NCBI GenBank assembly: GCA_964188305.1
Contig: OZ076900.1
DNA: 64,000 nucleotides
Direction: 5' to 3' (one strand)
Origin: Podarcis bocagei
Lineage: Eukaryota
The stretch's first letter is position 1. The number at the start of each line of letters is the position of its first letter. Shown here in pieces: positions 46,155 through 59,700 of the stretch. A model generated the notes under the pieces. The model saw only the letters and a list, made by a program, of their open reading frames with translations. It searched no databases and was not told the origin of the DNA. Both the position numbers and the translations under genes were made by a program.

Positions 46155-49100
46155 GGAAAATCCGGACATATGGCAGCCGCGCTCTCGGGCTGCTTTACTC
46201 TTGTTGCATATCTATATTTCCTCTTTTCACACTACTCCCCCCCGCCGCCCCCCGGAAACCGCTCTCTAGCACTCAGTTGGAGCAAACAGCGAGGACCTGA
46301 GCAAGGAGAACGCCATCCCATTCTTACCTAATGTTGAGATATCATACACAATATGTAATTGGTTCATGCTCTGTCCAAGCAAACTAGAAATGGTGAGCAG
46401 GGTTAGGGGTTGGGGTTGTCCTCATATAGTCCTTCTGTTTTTTCCTTCCTTTCTTTCAATGACCAATGTATGAATACAATCTGCTGGAGCAACCCTTTGC
46501 CAACAAATATCCCACAGGAAGATTTGGAGGTGCCAAGAGTCCAGTAACAGAGTCCTCTGTCAAATGTCCAAACCCCTAGGGACCCGAAAAACTTTTATGT
46601 CTTGAACCATCATGTGATCTTTCGGTGAAAGGCTGTATTTAAAAAATAATTAATTAATTAAAGTAGTAATAAACTGCAATCAAATCTGAAACAGTCTGGA
46701 GTCTGGAAAAAAAACATATGGATCAAAAGGTATGGGAGGAAAAATGCCTGACCGAGAATCAGCAGTAAAGGGGTAGATAAAAATGGATTGCCTGTTTCCT
46801 CCCCATCCCAAGGATTAACAGTATTCCGTCTTGGTCAGCTAGGAGCACCTCTCTGTAATGCTTCTACCCCTTGTAAAAGTTGTTCCTAACCTAACGTTAT
46901 CTAAATATTATAAATAATGTTATCTAAATACAGTGGTACCTCGGGTTAAGAACTTAATTCGATCCAGAGGTCCGTTCTTAACCTGAAACTGTTCTTAACC
47001 CGAAGCACCACTTTAGCAAATGGGACCTCGCGCTGCCGCCGCGCCACCACCGCACAACTTCTGTTCTCATCCTGAAGCAACGTTCTTAACCCGAGGTACT
47101 ATTTCTGGGTTAGCGGAGCCTGTAACCTGAAGCGTCTGTAACCCGAGGTACCACTGTATTGAGTGTACCTGAAGACGTGTGCATGCACGCTAAAGCTCAT
47201 ACCAATAACAAACTTAGTTGGTCCCCAAGGCGCTACTGGAAGGATTTTTTTCTTTTCTTTCGACTATGGCAGACCAACACGGCAACTAAATATCAACTAA
47301 ATATCTACCTGCAACTAAATATCAGGGGCATGGAGGTGTGGTTCCACTGGGGATATATGAGTGCAGAGGCGGAGCGGGTACCCAGAGCTGGTACCCAGAC
47401 CCGGAGCTGGCACCCGGGGGTGGGCCGATCCTCCCAGAGGGGCGGGGTGGCGAGCACGGGGGCGGCACCGCCTGCCGCGACAGTCCCACGGGGGCGGTGC
47501 CACTCGCGGCGAGTGTCCCGGGGGAGGGCGCGGCGGCGATGTCACCCCCACCTCAGAGAATACACCGGGGGCGCCCCGCATCCCCTTCCTTAGCCAGTGC
47601 CCTCGTGCTCTATCCGCATAGCTGTCAACCTTCCCTTTTTGCGGGAAATTCCCTTATCTCAGCGCTGCTTCCCGCTGCTATCCCGGATTGTTCGATATCC
47701 CGTAGACTGTCCCCGGGACAGGTGAGGCTGCTGATCCCTTCTTTCCAAATCCGAAAGTTGACAGCTATGCTCCGTCCTCTATCCTCCCCAAGTCTGATTT
47801 CTCTGCCTGATGTCTGTGGGAACCTGCCCGGCTGCCCCCTTGATTTAATAGACTTGTAGAGTTGCAAGGGTTCCTCAAGGATCATCAATGAAATGCAGGA
47901 TTTGCTCCTCCAGAGGAGGAAAGAGTATTTGGAAATCCATGTGGAGGGGAGGGCAACCTTTCTTGGGTAGCCTCAGGCAAGCCTTGCCCTAGTCTGCTTC
48001 CCAGGGCTGTCTTGAAACTCCACTCCAGACTCTCAGGAAGACTCTCAGGGCAGTATAACAAACCACACAAAGCAAATCTCCAGGGTGTGACGTTTCTGTA
48101 GACCGAGTGGAAGAGGCAGGGAAGATGATTCTCAGTACAGGACGAACGGGATGCCCAAATTTAAGATGGGGAACCCTGTTGGAAGACCTGGAGATGGAGG
48201 AAGGGATTCGCTTCCTTTAAGGGCTCAAACCACCACGTGCAGGATTTCCCTGGGCAAGCAGCGCTGCGCGCTGCCCATCGCCTTCCCTTCCACCCTCTGC
48301 GCTTGGTGGGCCTCCAGGCAGAGGAGCGAGCCAAGAGCCCCGCTGGGACCGGGACGCCGCTGAGAGTGACTCCAGGGCCCCGGGCTCTGAGCCAGCGATG
48401 CTCTCGGCGGTCCCCCCGACGCCCTCCTGCCTCGCCCACCGACCACGTCAGGGGCAGGAATCCTTAAAGGGCGCAACTTGCGCTACGCCCCCTTCCCGGC
48501 GTGGCGGCGCACGGTAGGAGGGAAGATGGAGGAGGGTGGCTGCGGAGCGTCCGAAGGAGCCGCGGAGGCTCGCGAAAAGGCCCTCGAGGAGGCGGTGAAC
48601 CGCTGGACGGTCCCCTTCTACGTCCACCAGGCCCTCCAGGCTTTCCGGGCCGGCCGCAGCCGGGACTTTCGCCAGCTGCGGGACGTCGTATCTGGTGGGG
48701 AGACGAGCTAGTTTTACGAAAGGGGCATTTGGGGAAGATTGGCGCTGGGTTCCATAATTCTCAAGGGACAGTGGTACCTCGGGGACTTAATTCGTTCCGG
48801 AGGTCCGTCCTGAACCTGAAACTGTTCTTAACCTGAAGCACCACTTGAGCTAATGGGGCCTCCTCCTGCTGCTGCTGCGCCAACGGAGCACAATTTCTGT
48901 TCTCATCCTGAAGCAAAGTTCTTAACCTGAAGCACTATTTCTGGGTTAGCCGAGTCTGTAACCTGAAGCGTCTGTAACCCGAGGTACCACTGTACCTCCT
49001 GCTGGGGAACGTGAATGTAAATAACTAATAATGATAATAATAATTTTACCATTTATGCCCCGCCCACGTGGCTGGGTTTCCTCAGCCGCTCTGGACGGCT

Positions 49101-52100
49101 CACAGCTTACAGTATATCAGAACATACTAAAACATCAAACATTAAAATATATTGCCTAATAGCCCCCGTTCCACTTATGTCACTCTTACGTATTTACATT
49201 TATATATCACATTTAATAGTCCTTAGGTGTTTTCATTTAAGAAAAAGTGAACCTAAAGCAACTTAAAATATAATACAATCTATATCCCTGGAATGTTTGT
49301 CATTTGCCTTTAGAAATTAAGGGAACCGATTTTAAAAGAAAAGGCACAACGTACAACTAACCAACTGCACGGAAGCCAAAAGGAAGGTCTGCAAATAGCC
49401 AGTTGTGATTCTCAGCAAGATGGTTAGGATACATGCCCCCTTAAATGAATGCCTCCTAAAGCCCATCACAGATGGTCACGAGAAGGGTTAGGATCCCCCC
49501 CCCAGCCTCCTAAGTACAGTGGTACCTCGATTTATGAACTTAATCCATTCTGGAAGTCCGTTCTTAAACCGAAATGGTTCTTAAACTGAGGCGCATCTTC
49601 CCTAATGAGACCTTCCGCCGCCGGTGCCCTTCCACCGTTCGTATTCCGTTCTTAGACTGAGGTAAAGTTCTCAAACTGGGACACTATTTCCGGTTTTGTG
49701 GAGTTCGTAAACCAAATTGTTCTTAAACAGGACTGTTCTTAAACCTCTTGAAATCTATTTCAAATTGGAGATTGTTGATGCGTATATTAAGAGAATGAGT
49801 TTAATGAGTTTTGGGTATGGCCCGTAGTTGAGTGTGATGGTTTCCAGAAGCCAACCGCTAGGAATGGCCTAGCACCTTTGGAGTATAGTTTTAAGAAGCT
49901 CAGCTACTTTACCACTCATTTTCTTACAGTAATTACTTCTGTATGTCTGTAAATAAAATCTGTACATACTGCATTTCTGCCCTACAAAACAGGAGCCCCA
50001 ACAAAATATCTGACCACAAAGATTAAGACACTAAAAAGCCATGTGTTTGTGTATATATGCATACTAAGGATATTGTAGATTACATGCAAAAAGCACGCAA
50101 ATACGAAGTGACTCCTGGGTCAAAGGGCATGTTGGGATGAAGTTGGCTGTCTGTATATGGTCAGGGGTATAAGGTATGGGACAGGGCTTTGGTGCCCTGG
50201 CCCAAGCCTCATTACACCTAATTTGCTGAACTATCTGATTTTGCTCAGTGACTGTTTGGACTGTCTTGTTCTTCTCCAGCTGTGCTTGCACGGCCCCTAG
50301 CGCAAGAGAAATGTATTGGCATTCAGCTGCAGATTGTGCAGTTTCTGTCTAAGATTGATGAAGATTGGACCATTGATCCCGAGACCAAGTTAATGCCTCT
50401 TGAAGATGCCCTTGTTATTTTGGATAAGATGAAGGATGAACTGGACTTAAACAGTGACGTAGCAGAAGAAATAAGAAAAAAAATAAAGGAAGCGGTAAGT
50501 GTTAGCATTTCCTCTTCTGTAGTCACTGATTACTGTTTCTCAGCCTAGTTAGAAAGTAAGAGGACAGCTGCCTTTAAGTTTCAAAATGCAGTATATTTCA
50601 GAAAGGGTTTAATTAAGGTTCTAATTCAATGCCAGGATTAACTCTTGCCTATTTTTCTCCATGCTTAAATTAAGCTTTTAAATAAGTTCACAAAAGTTAG
50701 TAGAAGCAAGGAGGCAAGATTCCTATATGGTGGGATGAAATGAGAGAGAAATGTATGCTCAAAGGTGCCTGAGTTTATTGGAACTCAGCATGTTTTCCTT
50801 CTTTGGGAAATCCAGGGTAATCATGGAAAAAATGGCTTCTTGACTGACTCTCCTAAGGCACCCATTATTTCAATGTTGTTAGCCTACAGATATTTAAGTA
50901 GCTTGCCTTACTTGAATTTAAAAATAATTTTCTTGAATAAGTGTTCTAATATTACACAATGAAAACCCACTGAGTTGAAAATGTAAAGCAGATCTAGAAA
51001 ACTGCCGGGGGGTTGTTCCCAAACAGTATCTTCTTAGATTAGGAACATTTCCCCAAAATCTTCCTTGCAAACCATTATTTTGTCTTTCTTCTTCAGGCTG
51101 TCATAACCTGCATTAAAAACAAAAAATATGCACAAGCCAGAATGATCTTGAATAAGCACATGACAAAGGACCCAAGTTCAAAGGTGAGCTTTCAGCAGGT
51201 ATGAGTAGTTCATGTTGCAATTGTTGTTGTTGAAATGTGCCTCTTGTAGGGTCATTTCACTACAAAGCAGAGTCATGGTTTGTCCTTCTCAAATTCTCCT
51301 ATTCAGTGTCTTAAATACTCTCTGCCCTGCGCTGCAATTTGCTTGCAAGTTCTGAAAAACATTTCCCTTTTCTTAGAAAATGAGGTCAATGTTGCAGAGA
51401 ATCATCCAAAGAAAAAACTTAAGTCACCGAGCCATCCGGAACTTCTGCTGCAAAGTTTTCCAGCAGAGAATACTTCTGTCTTTAGAAAGCTGCTGGAGTG
51501 TCCCTGAGCCCTTTCTTTTAGAGGTAAGCAAGGGTATGGGGTGTTGTTTGATTGTTGTAGTAGTGGGAGGACTATAGCTCCGTAGCCGAGCATCTGCTTT
51601 GCATGCAGAGGGTCCCAAGTTCAATCCCTGACATCTCTAGCTAGGACTGGGAATGTCCCCTGCTTGGAACCCTGGAGAGCCACCGTCACTCAATGTGTGG
51701 TGATATGTGAGCCAGCCTTTTTTTCTTCCGATGTTCCCGTGTGTTGCTGGAGCACTTGAATATCACCCACATTGCCACAGCAGAGCTCTTGCCGTCTAAC
51801 CACTGTGATCAAAAAAGCACATTCAACACCGGAGGCTTAAGACAGGAGCCTTCTCCCTGGACAAACTATTATGTGCTTGGGAAATATTTTTGTGAAGAGC
51901 CAAGTGCCCCACTGCAGAACAGAACAGGGCTGCAATGTCACATTTGACATATATCAAGCTTGTAACCTGACAATGTTTTGGACTAGCAATACCCAACAGC
52001 TCCAGCATCATGAGGCTGTGCTGACTGGGACTTAGGGGAGTTGTAGGTAAAGCATCTTCAGGGCACCAGCTTGGGCATGGCTGCTGTATAGATGTAGAAA

Positions 52101-54776
52101 AAGAAAAAGAAAGTAGAGAAGTGTTGTCTAGTAACTGTGTTCACACTCTCTGTTTAAGATGGCAAAAAAGGATTTGGACGATCAGATAGAGACCGGGCTC
52201 AGTCCTTTGGAAATGGCCAGCAAGGAGGAAATGGTGAAAGAAACTTCAGAGTTGGCAGCAGCAGATAAGCCTGAATCTGTGGGAAGATCTGATGAGACTT
52301 TGGAAGAGCCCAGGCCTGAGGGAGGGCTTAGCAATATAGCCGAAGAACAACCAAAGTCTCTGGAGGGAGGCCGTGAGACAGTTGCAAGGCTTTTGATGGA
52401 GGCAAAGGGAGCTGTTTTGGAAGTTGCTAAAGTGGTTGATGAGTGCCAGGCAGCTTCAAAGCCAGAAGAAGAAACCAGTGGAGCTGCAGAGCCTGCTATA
52501 GTTGCTGATGCCACTGTCTCAGCAGCTTCCAGTGACACGGACAGGTTAGCAGCCTATGGCCTCTCCCAGTTTTGACTCCTTTGCCATGCCGGGCAGCTGT
52601 TTTGCCATACAACTTCTGGCTCTCAGCACTCAAACCCAAATTGCACCTGCTGCCAGGGGAACAAGGTCTTTGGGGTGAGGTCAACAACATAAACTGGCAA
52701 AACTTGTGGAGCAACCTGCTGATGTTTCTTTATTTTGCAGATGCTCGCCTAAGAGGATGGGCTCGCATCCAGGTTTGGCTTCTGATTTCCACGCAGCCAA
52801 GGGCCAAAGGGAGGAGGAGAACCATGCTGCCTCCAGGCCACACCCTAGTGAATGCTCAGTGTCCATAAGCACACGGGTTATGGGGTCAGAGAGCGGGAAC
52901 CCCCCAACTTCCTGCCAAGTTTCATCCAAGAGGCCTGCGGCAACTTTGGATGTCCAGACAACACAGCCCCAAATACCCACCCAGCCTGATGATACCTCCC
53001 AATCTCCCAGGTAAGAGTCCATGACTGCTGTGAGGTCTGCTGGGGAGCTGGCACAGCATGAAGCATTTGGTGCCGCTTTCGCCTTTGCAAGGAATCCATT
53101 CGAAGGCCTTAGGCCTCAGCCCAGAAGCTCCAAGGAAGGCAAAGGTGGTTTGCAGTGGTAGGGTTGCATTGCTGTGCATCTTCTCCCCCAGCTAGTAGAA
53201 TCAGGTGGCGAGAGAATCAGGTTGACATACCTTGTCTTAATCTTTATTACTCAGATTGCAAAGACAGCAGAACTGACAATACGGTTTCTGGCCCCATTAA
53301 AGACTGCTAAACAAATTTATTGTGGCAGAAACACCTGTGCCAGACTCTGCTTTGTCAGATGCCTGGAATGTTAGCTTCAGTTGCCAGACAAAAGGTAGAA
53401 ATTGTTATTTCTCTCCCCCCTCCCTCCTTCCGTCAGTTTCAAGGATAAGGGTTTAGGTTTCTGCCACCAGCTATTTGCTCCTATTTAAACTGTCATAGGT
53501 CTCTGCAGTAGTGTGTTTGCTGTGACAAATTAACCTCCCTCCTTGTCTGACACTTAAACTCAGCATCTCCATAATTTTGGTTATGTGTGACATTAACTGA
53601 TGCAGCTCAGTCCTGTCCCATCTCCTTGTGGGGTAAGTCTTTCCTCACTTGTGTTTCTCTGTTCCATTCAGATTAGCTAAGAGGAGACTAATTTGTTCAG
53701 ATCAGAATGAAGAAGAGGATCTCCCAGGTGGTGAAGAGGTTCATAGGGACCGGGACCAGCCCGAGACCCCCAGAGACCCCCGACACCTGGGTAAGCAGCA
53801 ACTGTTTGAATCTGCTTGCCTGGTTTTGGGTGCTCGGCATGATCAAGGTTTCTTTGCCCCAAGGCTGCTATTGCAGAAATATAGCAAAGCTACTCTCAAA
53901 AGAGCAAAGCTGCCAAGCAGCTGACGCTCTCCTCTGAATGTCAGAATGCCAGAAGCTTTGAGTTCCCATTGTCTGCTCCATAGATTTGGAACCTGCTGAA
54001 GCAGCTAGTATCCTGTACACAGTAAGCAGAGGGGTTTTGGGGTACAGCTCTTGGCTCAAAAAAGTAAAATATTTGGACTGCCTGCTCCAAGTGCACAGCA
54101 GCAGCAGCAGCAGCACGGACAAAATCATTGCCTTTTGCCTCAGACTGGCTTCTTGTTCTGCAGGGTGCTCAACCATGGCTCCATGCACTCTTCTAATTAA
54201 AGCACCTGTGCAGTTTGGATGGCTTCCCACATTGCATTACCCAGTGACATCACAATGACATGGGGGGAAACATCGCCAGCATGGCAGGCAAAGACAACTG
54301 TTAAGTGCGATCCTTCAGGAGGCTTGCTTAGGCTATGCACAGGCTGGCTAAAGGCAAAAGTCTCAAAACCTGGCAAACATCTTACAAAGCAAAGTGTTCT
54401 TCTTCCACCGCTGCCGCCACCACCAGGCTTCTTGTGTGGTGAACCGGCTTATACTTGAGTCAATAAGTTTTCCCAGTTTTTGGTGCTATAATGAGGTGCC
54501 TCAGCTTATATGTGGGTCGGCTTATACTCGAGTATATACGGTAATAAAAGAGGACATGTCTGGCATGTCTGGCAACCCCAACATAGTTTCATCAGTAGTT
54601 GGCTGCCTACGCATCATGCTGCCAAACGCTGGGTAGAAATTGACCACTACCCTGGATTTCTGATGAGGGGACAGTAGTGGTAAAACCTCCCAATTACTGA
54701 GCCAGTAGCAATAACCAGCTTACTGAGTGGTTCCATCCATCCTGTAAATGAATTTATGTTTCAGAATCGAAGGGAA

Positions 54777-54830
<54 letters not shown>

Positions 54831-56542
54831 CTTCCCGCTTGGGTTCTAAAAAGAAGGTAACCAAGCCTATACCCAGTCTGGAGCTGAGCACACCAGTGAG
54901 AACAGATAGGTCTGCCTTGATAAGACCCCTCTAAATGGAGGCCAGTTGATGAGGACCGCCTCTCCCAAATGAAGTAACTGATGAAAGCCCCATTAATGGG
55001 AACATAGGAAGCTGCCATATGCTGAATCCTGGTCCGTCTAGCTCAGTATTGTCTGTGCTACAGGCTTTCAGGCAAGGTGTCTCTTTTGCAGCTCTGCCTG
55101 GATATGTCACAGGTTTGAAGCTGGGATGTTCTGCGTGTTCAACCCCTGGACTAAGGGGCATCTATCTCCTAGTTAATTAATCAAGGGCAGTGGGGGCCAA
55201 ACTTGGCCCTCCAGCTGTTTTGGGAGTACAATTCCCACCATCCCTGACCACTGGTCCTGTTAGCTAGGGATAATGGGAGTTGTAGTCCCAAAACAGCCGG
55301 AGGGCCAAGTTTGGCCATCACTGATCAAGAGTCTTGGATACCCGGATGTTTCCAAGAAGCCTGGGCAATCTCAGCACGTCATATCTGCTATCTTTGATAG
55401 CCTCTTGAACCACACTGTAAGGTGGCTGAATTTTATTACCTACATTTTGCAGAAGGAGAACTAAGTGTGGAGAGCGTGCCATCAAGTTGGGTTTAATGTC
55501 TCGAAATATGGGCCAGATATTTGCCTGCTTTGAGTCACTGGGCTACAGCCCATGTCAGCGGTAATCCTCTGTTAGCAACAGCCATGGAGCCATCTCCAGA
55601 GGGTGGGGTATCTGTCGTTCTGTCATGGGGGCAGGGGGCAAGTCTTGCAGCACTTGATGGTTGCTCACGAGAGCCTGTGCCCTCTTCTTTCTAGATCTGG
55701 ACTTCAGAGGAGTCTCAGTGGATTAAGGAAGGTGTGAAGAGGTTTGGGGAAGGGAGGTGGAAAGCCATCTGCAAGGCATTCCCCTTTAAGAACCGGACGC
55801 CTGTGGCGATCAAGGACCGATGGCGGACGATGAAGAATCAGGGGCTCTTGGGGAATGACCTGGAAGCAAGTGGCTGAGCTACAACGCTATGTGGACATAG
55901 GGTGGGCCAGAAATACTTTTGCAGTGTATTGCATTGGGCCAGCAGGCTGGTCACTGCAATCTCTTAGCATCCCTCTGCTTTCTCACATAGGATCTGCCCC
56001 TCCCTGATAATACAAATTCAGCCATCAGGACTTGAATAAGATATACTGTATTCTATCCACAAACAGGACAACATCATCTTATATTCTCAGGATAGGCAAA
56101 CATTCTTATTTACTTTTGGAATCAACTAACTTCAATTAGTATTAATAACATACTCTATAAAATCCCACAACACTGCACCAAAATCCAAAGATGATGCATC
56201 GCCTTGAGGTAATTTAAAACAAATGTTATTTTTACTGAAACTGCAGTGTTTCACACAATTTTGTGTTGCAATTGTGTTTGTGTTGCACACAAACTATGCA
56301 ATTGTATAGTTATCAAAATATTTCCAGTGTTGCTACAGTTGGTAAAAAAGTGATGAGTTCTTTAGATACTACTTTTTTAAAAACCAAAATCCAAAGATGA
56401 TGCATCGCCTTGAGTTAATTTAAAACTAAATGTTATTTTTACTGAAACTGCAGTGTTTCACACATTTTGCGTTGCAATTGTGTTTGTGTTGCACACAAAC
56501 TATGCAATTTTATAGTTATCAAACAAACAGGACAACATCATC
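45937..56542 (+). repeat. ~10.6 kb tandem segmental duplication, unit 2
   Basis: Near-identical to units 1 and 3; the same junction sequence (acaggacaacatcatc|tcctacg) lies at both ends. Confidence 0.95.
48526..55877 (+). CDS. TERF2: TERF2/TRF2-like, array copy 2 (9 exons, 555 aa, intact)
   Basis: Exons 48526-48694, 50280-50494, 51097-51183, 51377-51523, 52159-52544, 52741-53010, 53672-53790, 54765-54856, 55695-55877; same structure as copy 1, poly-Ser 17. Confidence 0.92.
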
Positions 56543-56715
56543 TCCTACGTTGCTGACGCAGCCCCAGCTGGCACCGCGTTCCCAGAGAGCCAGGCTTCCT
56601 GGCACAGCGGAGATGTGGCCGGGAGGGAGGAGTCTCGGGAGGAAAGGTAGCGGCAGGGCACAGCATTTTTTGCCTTTCCTAAAACATCCCCCTGGTTGCT
56701 ATGTATTTTCGTATC

Positions 56716-56760
<45 letters not shown>

Positions 56761-59700
56761 GGAAAATCCGGACATATGGCAGCCGCGCTCTCGGGCTGCT
56801 TTACTCTTGTTGCATATCTATATTTCCTCTTTTCACACTACTCCCCCCCGCCCCCCGGAAACCGCTCTCTAGCACTCAGTTGGAGCAAACAGCGAGGACC
56901 TGAGCAAGGAGAACGCCATCCCATTCTTACCTAATGTTGAGATATCATACACAATATGTAATTGGTTCATGCTCTGTCCAAGCAAACTAGAAATGGTGAG
57001 CAGGGTTAGGGGTTGGGGTTGTCCTCATATAGTCCTTCTGTTTTTTCCTTCCTTTCTTTCAATGACCAATGTATGAATACAATCTGCTGGAGCAACCCTT
57101 TGCCAACAAATATCCCACAGGAAGATTTGGAGGTGCCAAGAGTCCAGTAACAGAGTCCTCTGTCAAATGTCCAAACCCCTAGGGACCCGAAAAACTTTTA
57201 TGTCTTGAACCATCATGTGATCTTTCGGTGAAAGGCTGTATTTAAAAAATAATTAATTAATTAAAGTAGTAATAAACTGCAATCAAATCTGAAACAGTCT
57301 GGAGTCTGGAAAAAAAAAAAAAAGGATCAAAAGGTATGGGAGGAAAAATGCCTGACCGAGAATCAGCAGTAAAGGGGTAGATAAAAATGGATTGCCTGTT
57401 TCCTCCCCATCCCAAGGATTAACAGTATTCCGTCTTGGTCAGCTAGGAGCACCTCTCTGTAATGCTTCTACCCCTTGTAAAAGTTGTTCCTAACCTAACG
57501 TTATCTAAATATTATAAATAATGTTATCTAAATACAGTGGTACCTCGGGTTAAGAACTTAATTCGATCCAGAGGTCCGTTCTTAACCTGAAACTGTTCTT
57601 AACCCGAAGCACCACTTTAGCAAATGGGGCCTCGCGCTGCCGCCGCGCCACCACCGCACAACTTCTGTTCTCATCCTGAAGCAACGTTCTTAACCCGAGG
57701 TACTATTTCTGGGTTAGCGGAGCCTGTAACCTGAAGCGTCTGTAACCCGAGGTACCACTGTATTGAGTGTACCTGAAGACGTGTGCATGCACGCTAAAGC
57801 TCATACCAATAACAAACTTAGTTGGTCCCCAAGGCGCTACTGGAAGGATTTTTTTCTTTTCTTTCGACTATGGCAGACCAACACGGCAACTAAATATCAA
57901 CTAAATATCTACCTGCAACTAAATATCAGGGGCATGGAGGTGTGGTTCCACTGGGGATATATGAGTGCAGAGGCGGAGCGGGTACCCAGAGCTGGTACCC
58001 AGACCCGGAGCTGGCACCCGGGGGTGGGCCGATCCTCCCAGAGGGGCGGGGTGGCGAGCACGGGGGCGGCACCGCCTGCCGCGACAGTCCCACGGGGGCG
58101 GTGCCACTCGCGGCGAGTGTCCCGGGGGAGGGCGCGGCGGCGATGTCACCCCCACCTCAGGGAATACACCGGGGGCGCCCCGCATCCCCTTCCTTAGCCA
58201 GTGCCCTCGTGCTCTATCCGCATAGCTGTCAACCTTCCCTTTTTGCGGGAAATTCCCTTATCTCAGCGCTGCTTCCCGCTGCTATCCCGGATTGTTCGAT
58301 ATCCCGTAGACTGTCCCCGGGACAGGTGAGGCTGCTGATCCCTTCTTTCCAAATCCGAAAGTTGACAGCTATGCTCCGTCCTCTATCCTCCCCAAGTCTG
58401 ATTTCTCTGCCTGATGTCTGTGGGAACCTGCCCGGCTGCCCCCTTGATTTAATAGACTTGTAGAGTTGCAAGGGTTCCTCAAGGATCATCAATGAAATGC
58501 AGAATTTGCTCCTCCAGAGGAGGAAAGAGTATTTGGAAATCCATGTGGAGGGGAGGGCAACCTTTCTTGGGTAGCCTCAGGCAAGCCTTGCCCTAGCCTG
58601 CTTCCCAGGGCTGTCTTGAAACTCCACTCCAGACTCTCAGGAAGACTCTCAGGGCAGTATAACAAACCACACAAAGCAAATCTCCAGGGTGTGACGTTTC
58701 TGTAGACCGAGTGGAAGAGGCAGGGAAGATGATTCTCAGTACAGGACGAACGGGATGCCCAAATTTAAGATGGGGAACCCTGTTGGAAGACCTGGAGATG
58801 GAGGAAGGGATTCGCTTCCTTTAAGGGCTCAAACCACCACGTGCAGGATTTCCCTGGGCAAGCAGCGCTGCGCGCTGCCCATCGCCTTCCCTTCCACCCT
58901 CTGCGCTTGGTGGGCCTCCAGGCAGAGGAGCGAGCCAAGAGCCCCGCTGGGACCGGGACGCCGCTGAGAGTGACTCCAGGGCCCCGGGCTCTGAGCCAGC
59001 GATGCTCTCGGCGGTCCCCCCGACGCCCTCCTGCCTCGCCCACCGACCACGTCAGGGGCAGGAATCCTTAAAGGGCGCAACTTGCGCTACGCCCCCTTCC
59101 CGGCGTGGCGGCGCACGGTAGGAGGGAAGATGGAGGAGGGTGGCTGCGGAGCGTCCGAAGGAGCCGCGGAGGCTCGCGAAAAGGCCCTCGAGGAGGCGGT
59201 GAACCGCTGGACGGTCCCCTTCTACGTCCACCAGGCCCTCCAGGCTTTCCGGGCCGGCCGCAGCCGGGACTTTCGCCAGCTGCGGGACGTCGTATCTGGT
59301 GGGGAGACGAGCTAGTTTTACGAAAGGGGCATTTGGGGAAGATTGGCGCTGGGTTCCATAATTCTCAAGGGACAGTGGTACCTCGGGGACTTAATTCGTT
59401 CCGGAGGTCCGTCCTGAACCTGAAACTGTTCTTAACCTGAAGCACCACTTGAGCTAATGGGGCCTCCTCCTGCTGCTGCTGCGCCAACGGAGCACAATTT
59501 CTGTTCTCATCCTGAAGCAAAGTTCTTAACCTGAAGCACTATTTCTGGGTTAGCCGAGTCTGTAACCTGAAGCGTCTGTAACCCGAGGTACCACTGTACC
59601 TCCTGCTGGGGAACGTGAATGTAAATAACTAATAATGATAATAATAATTTTACCATTTATACCCCGCCCACGTGGCTGGGTTTCCTCAGCCGCTCCGGAC

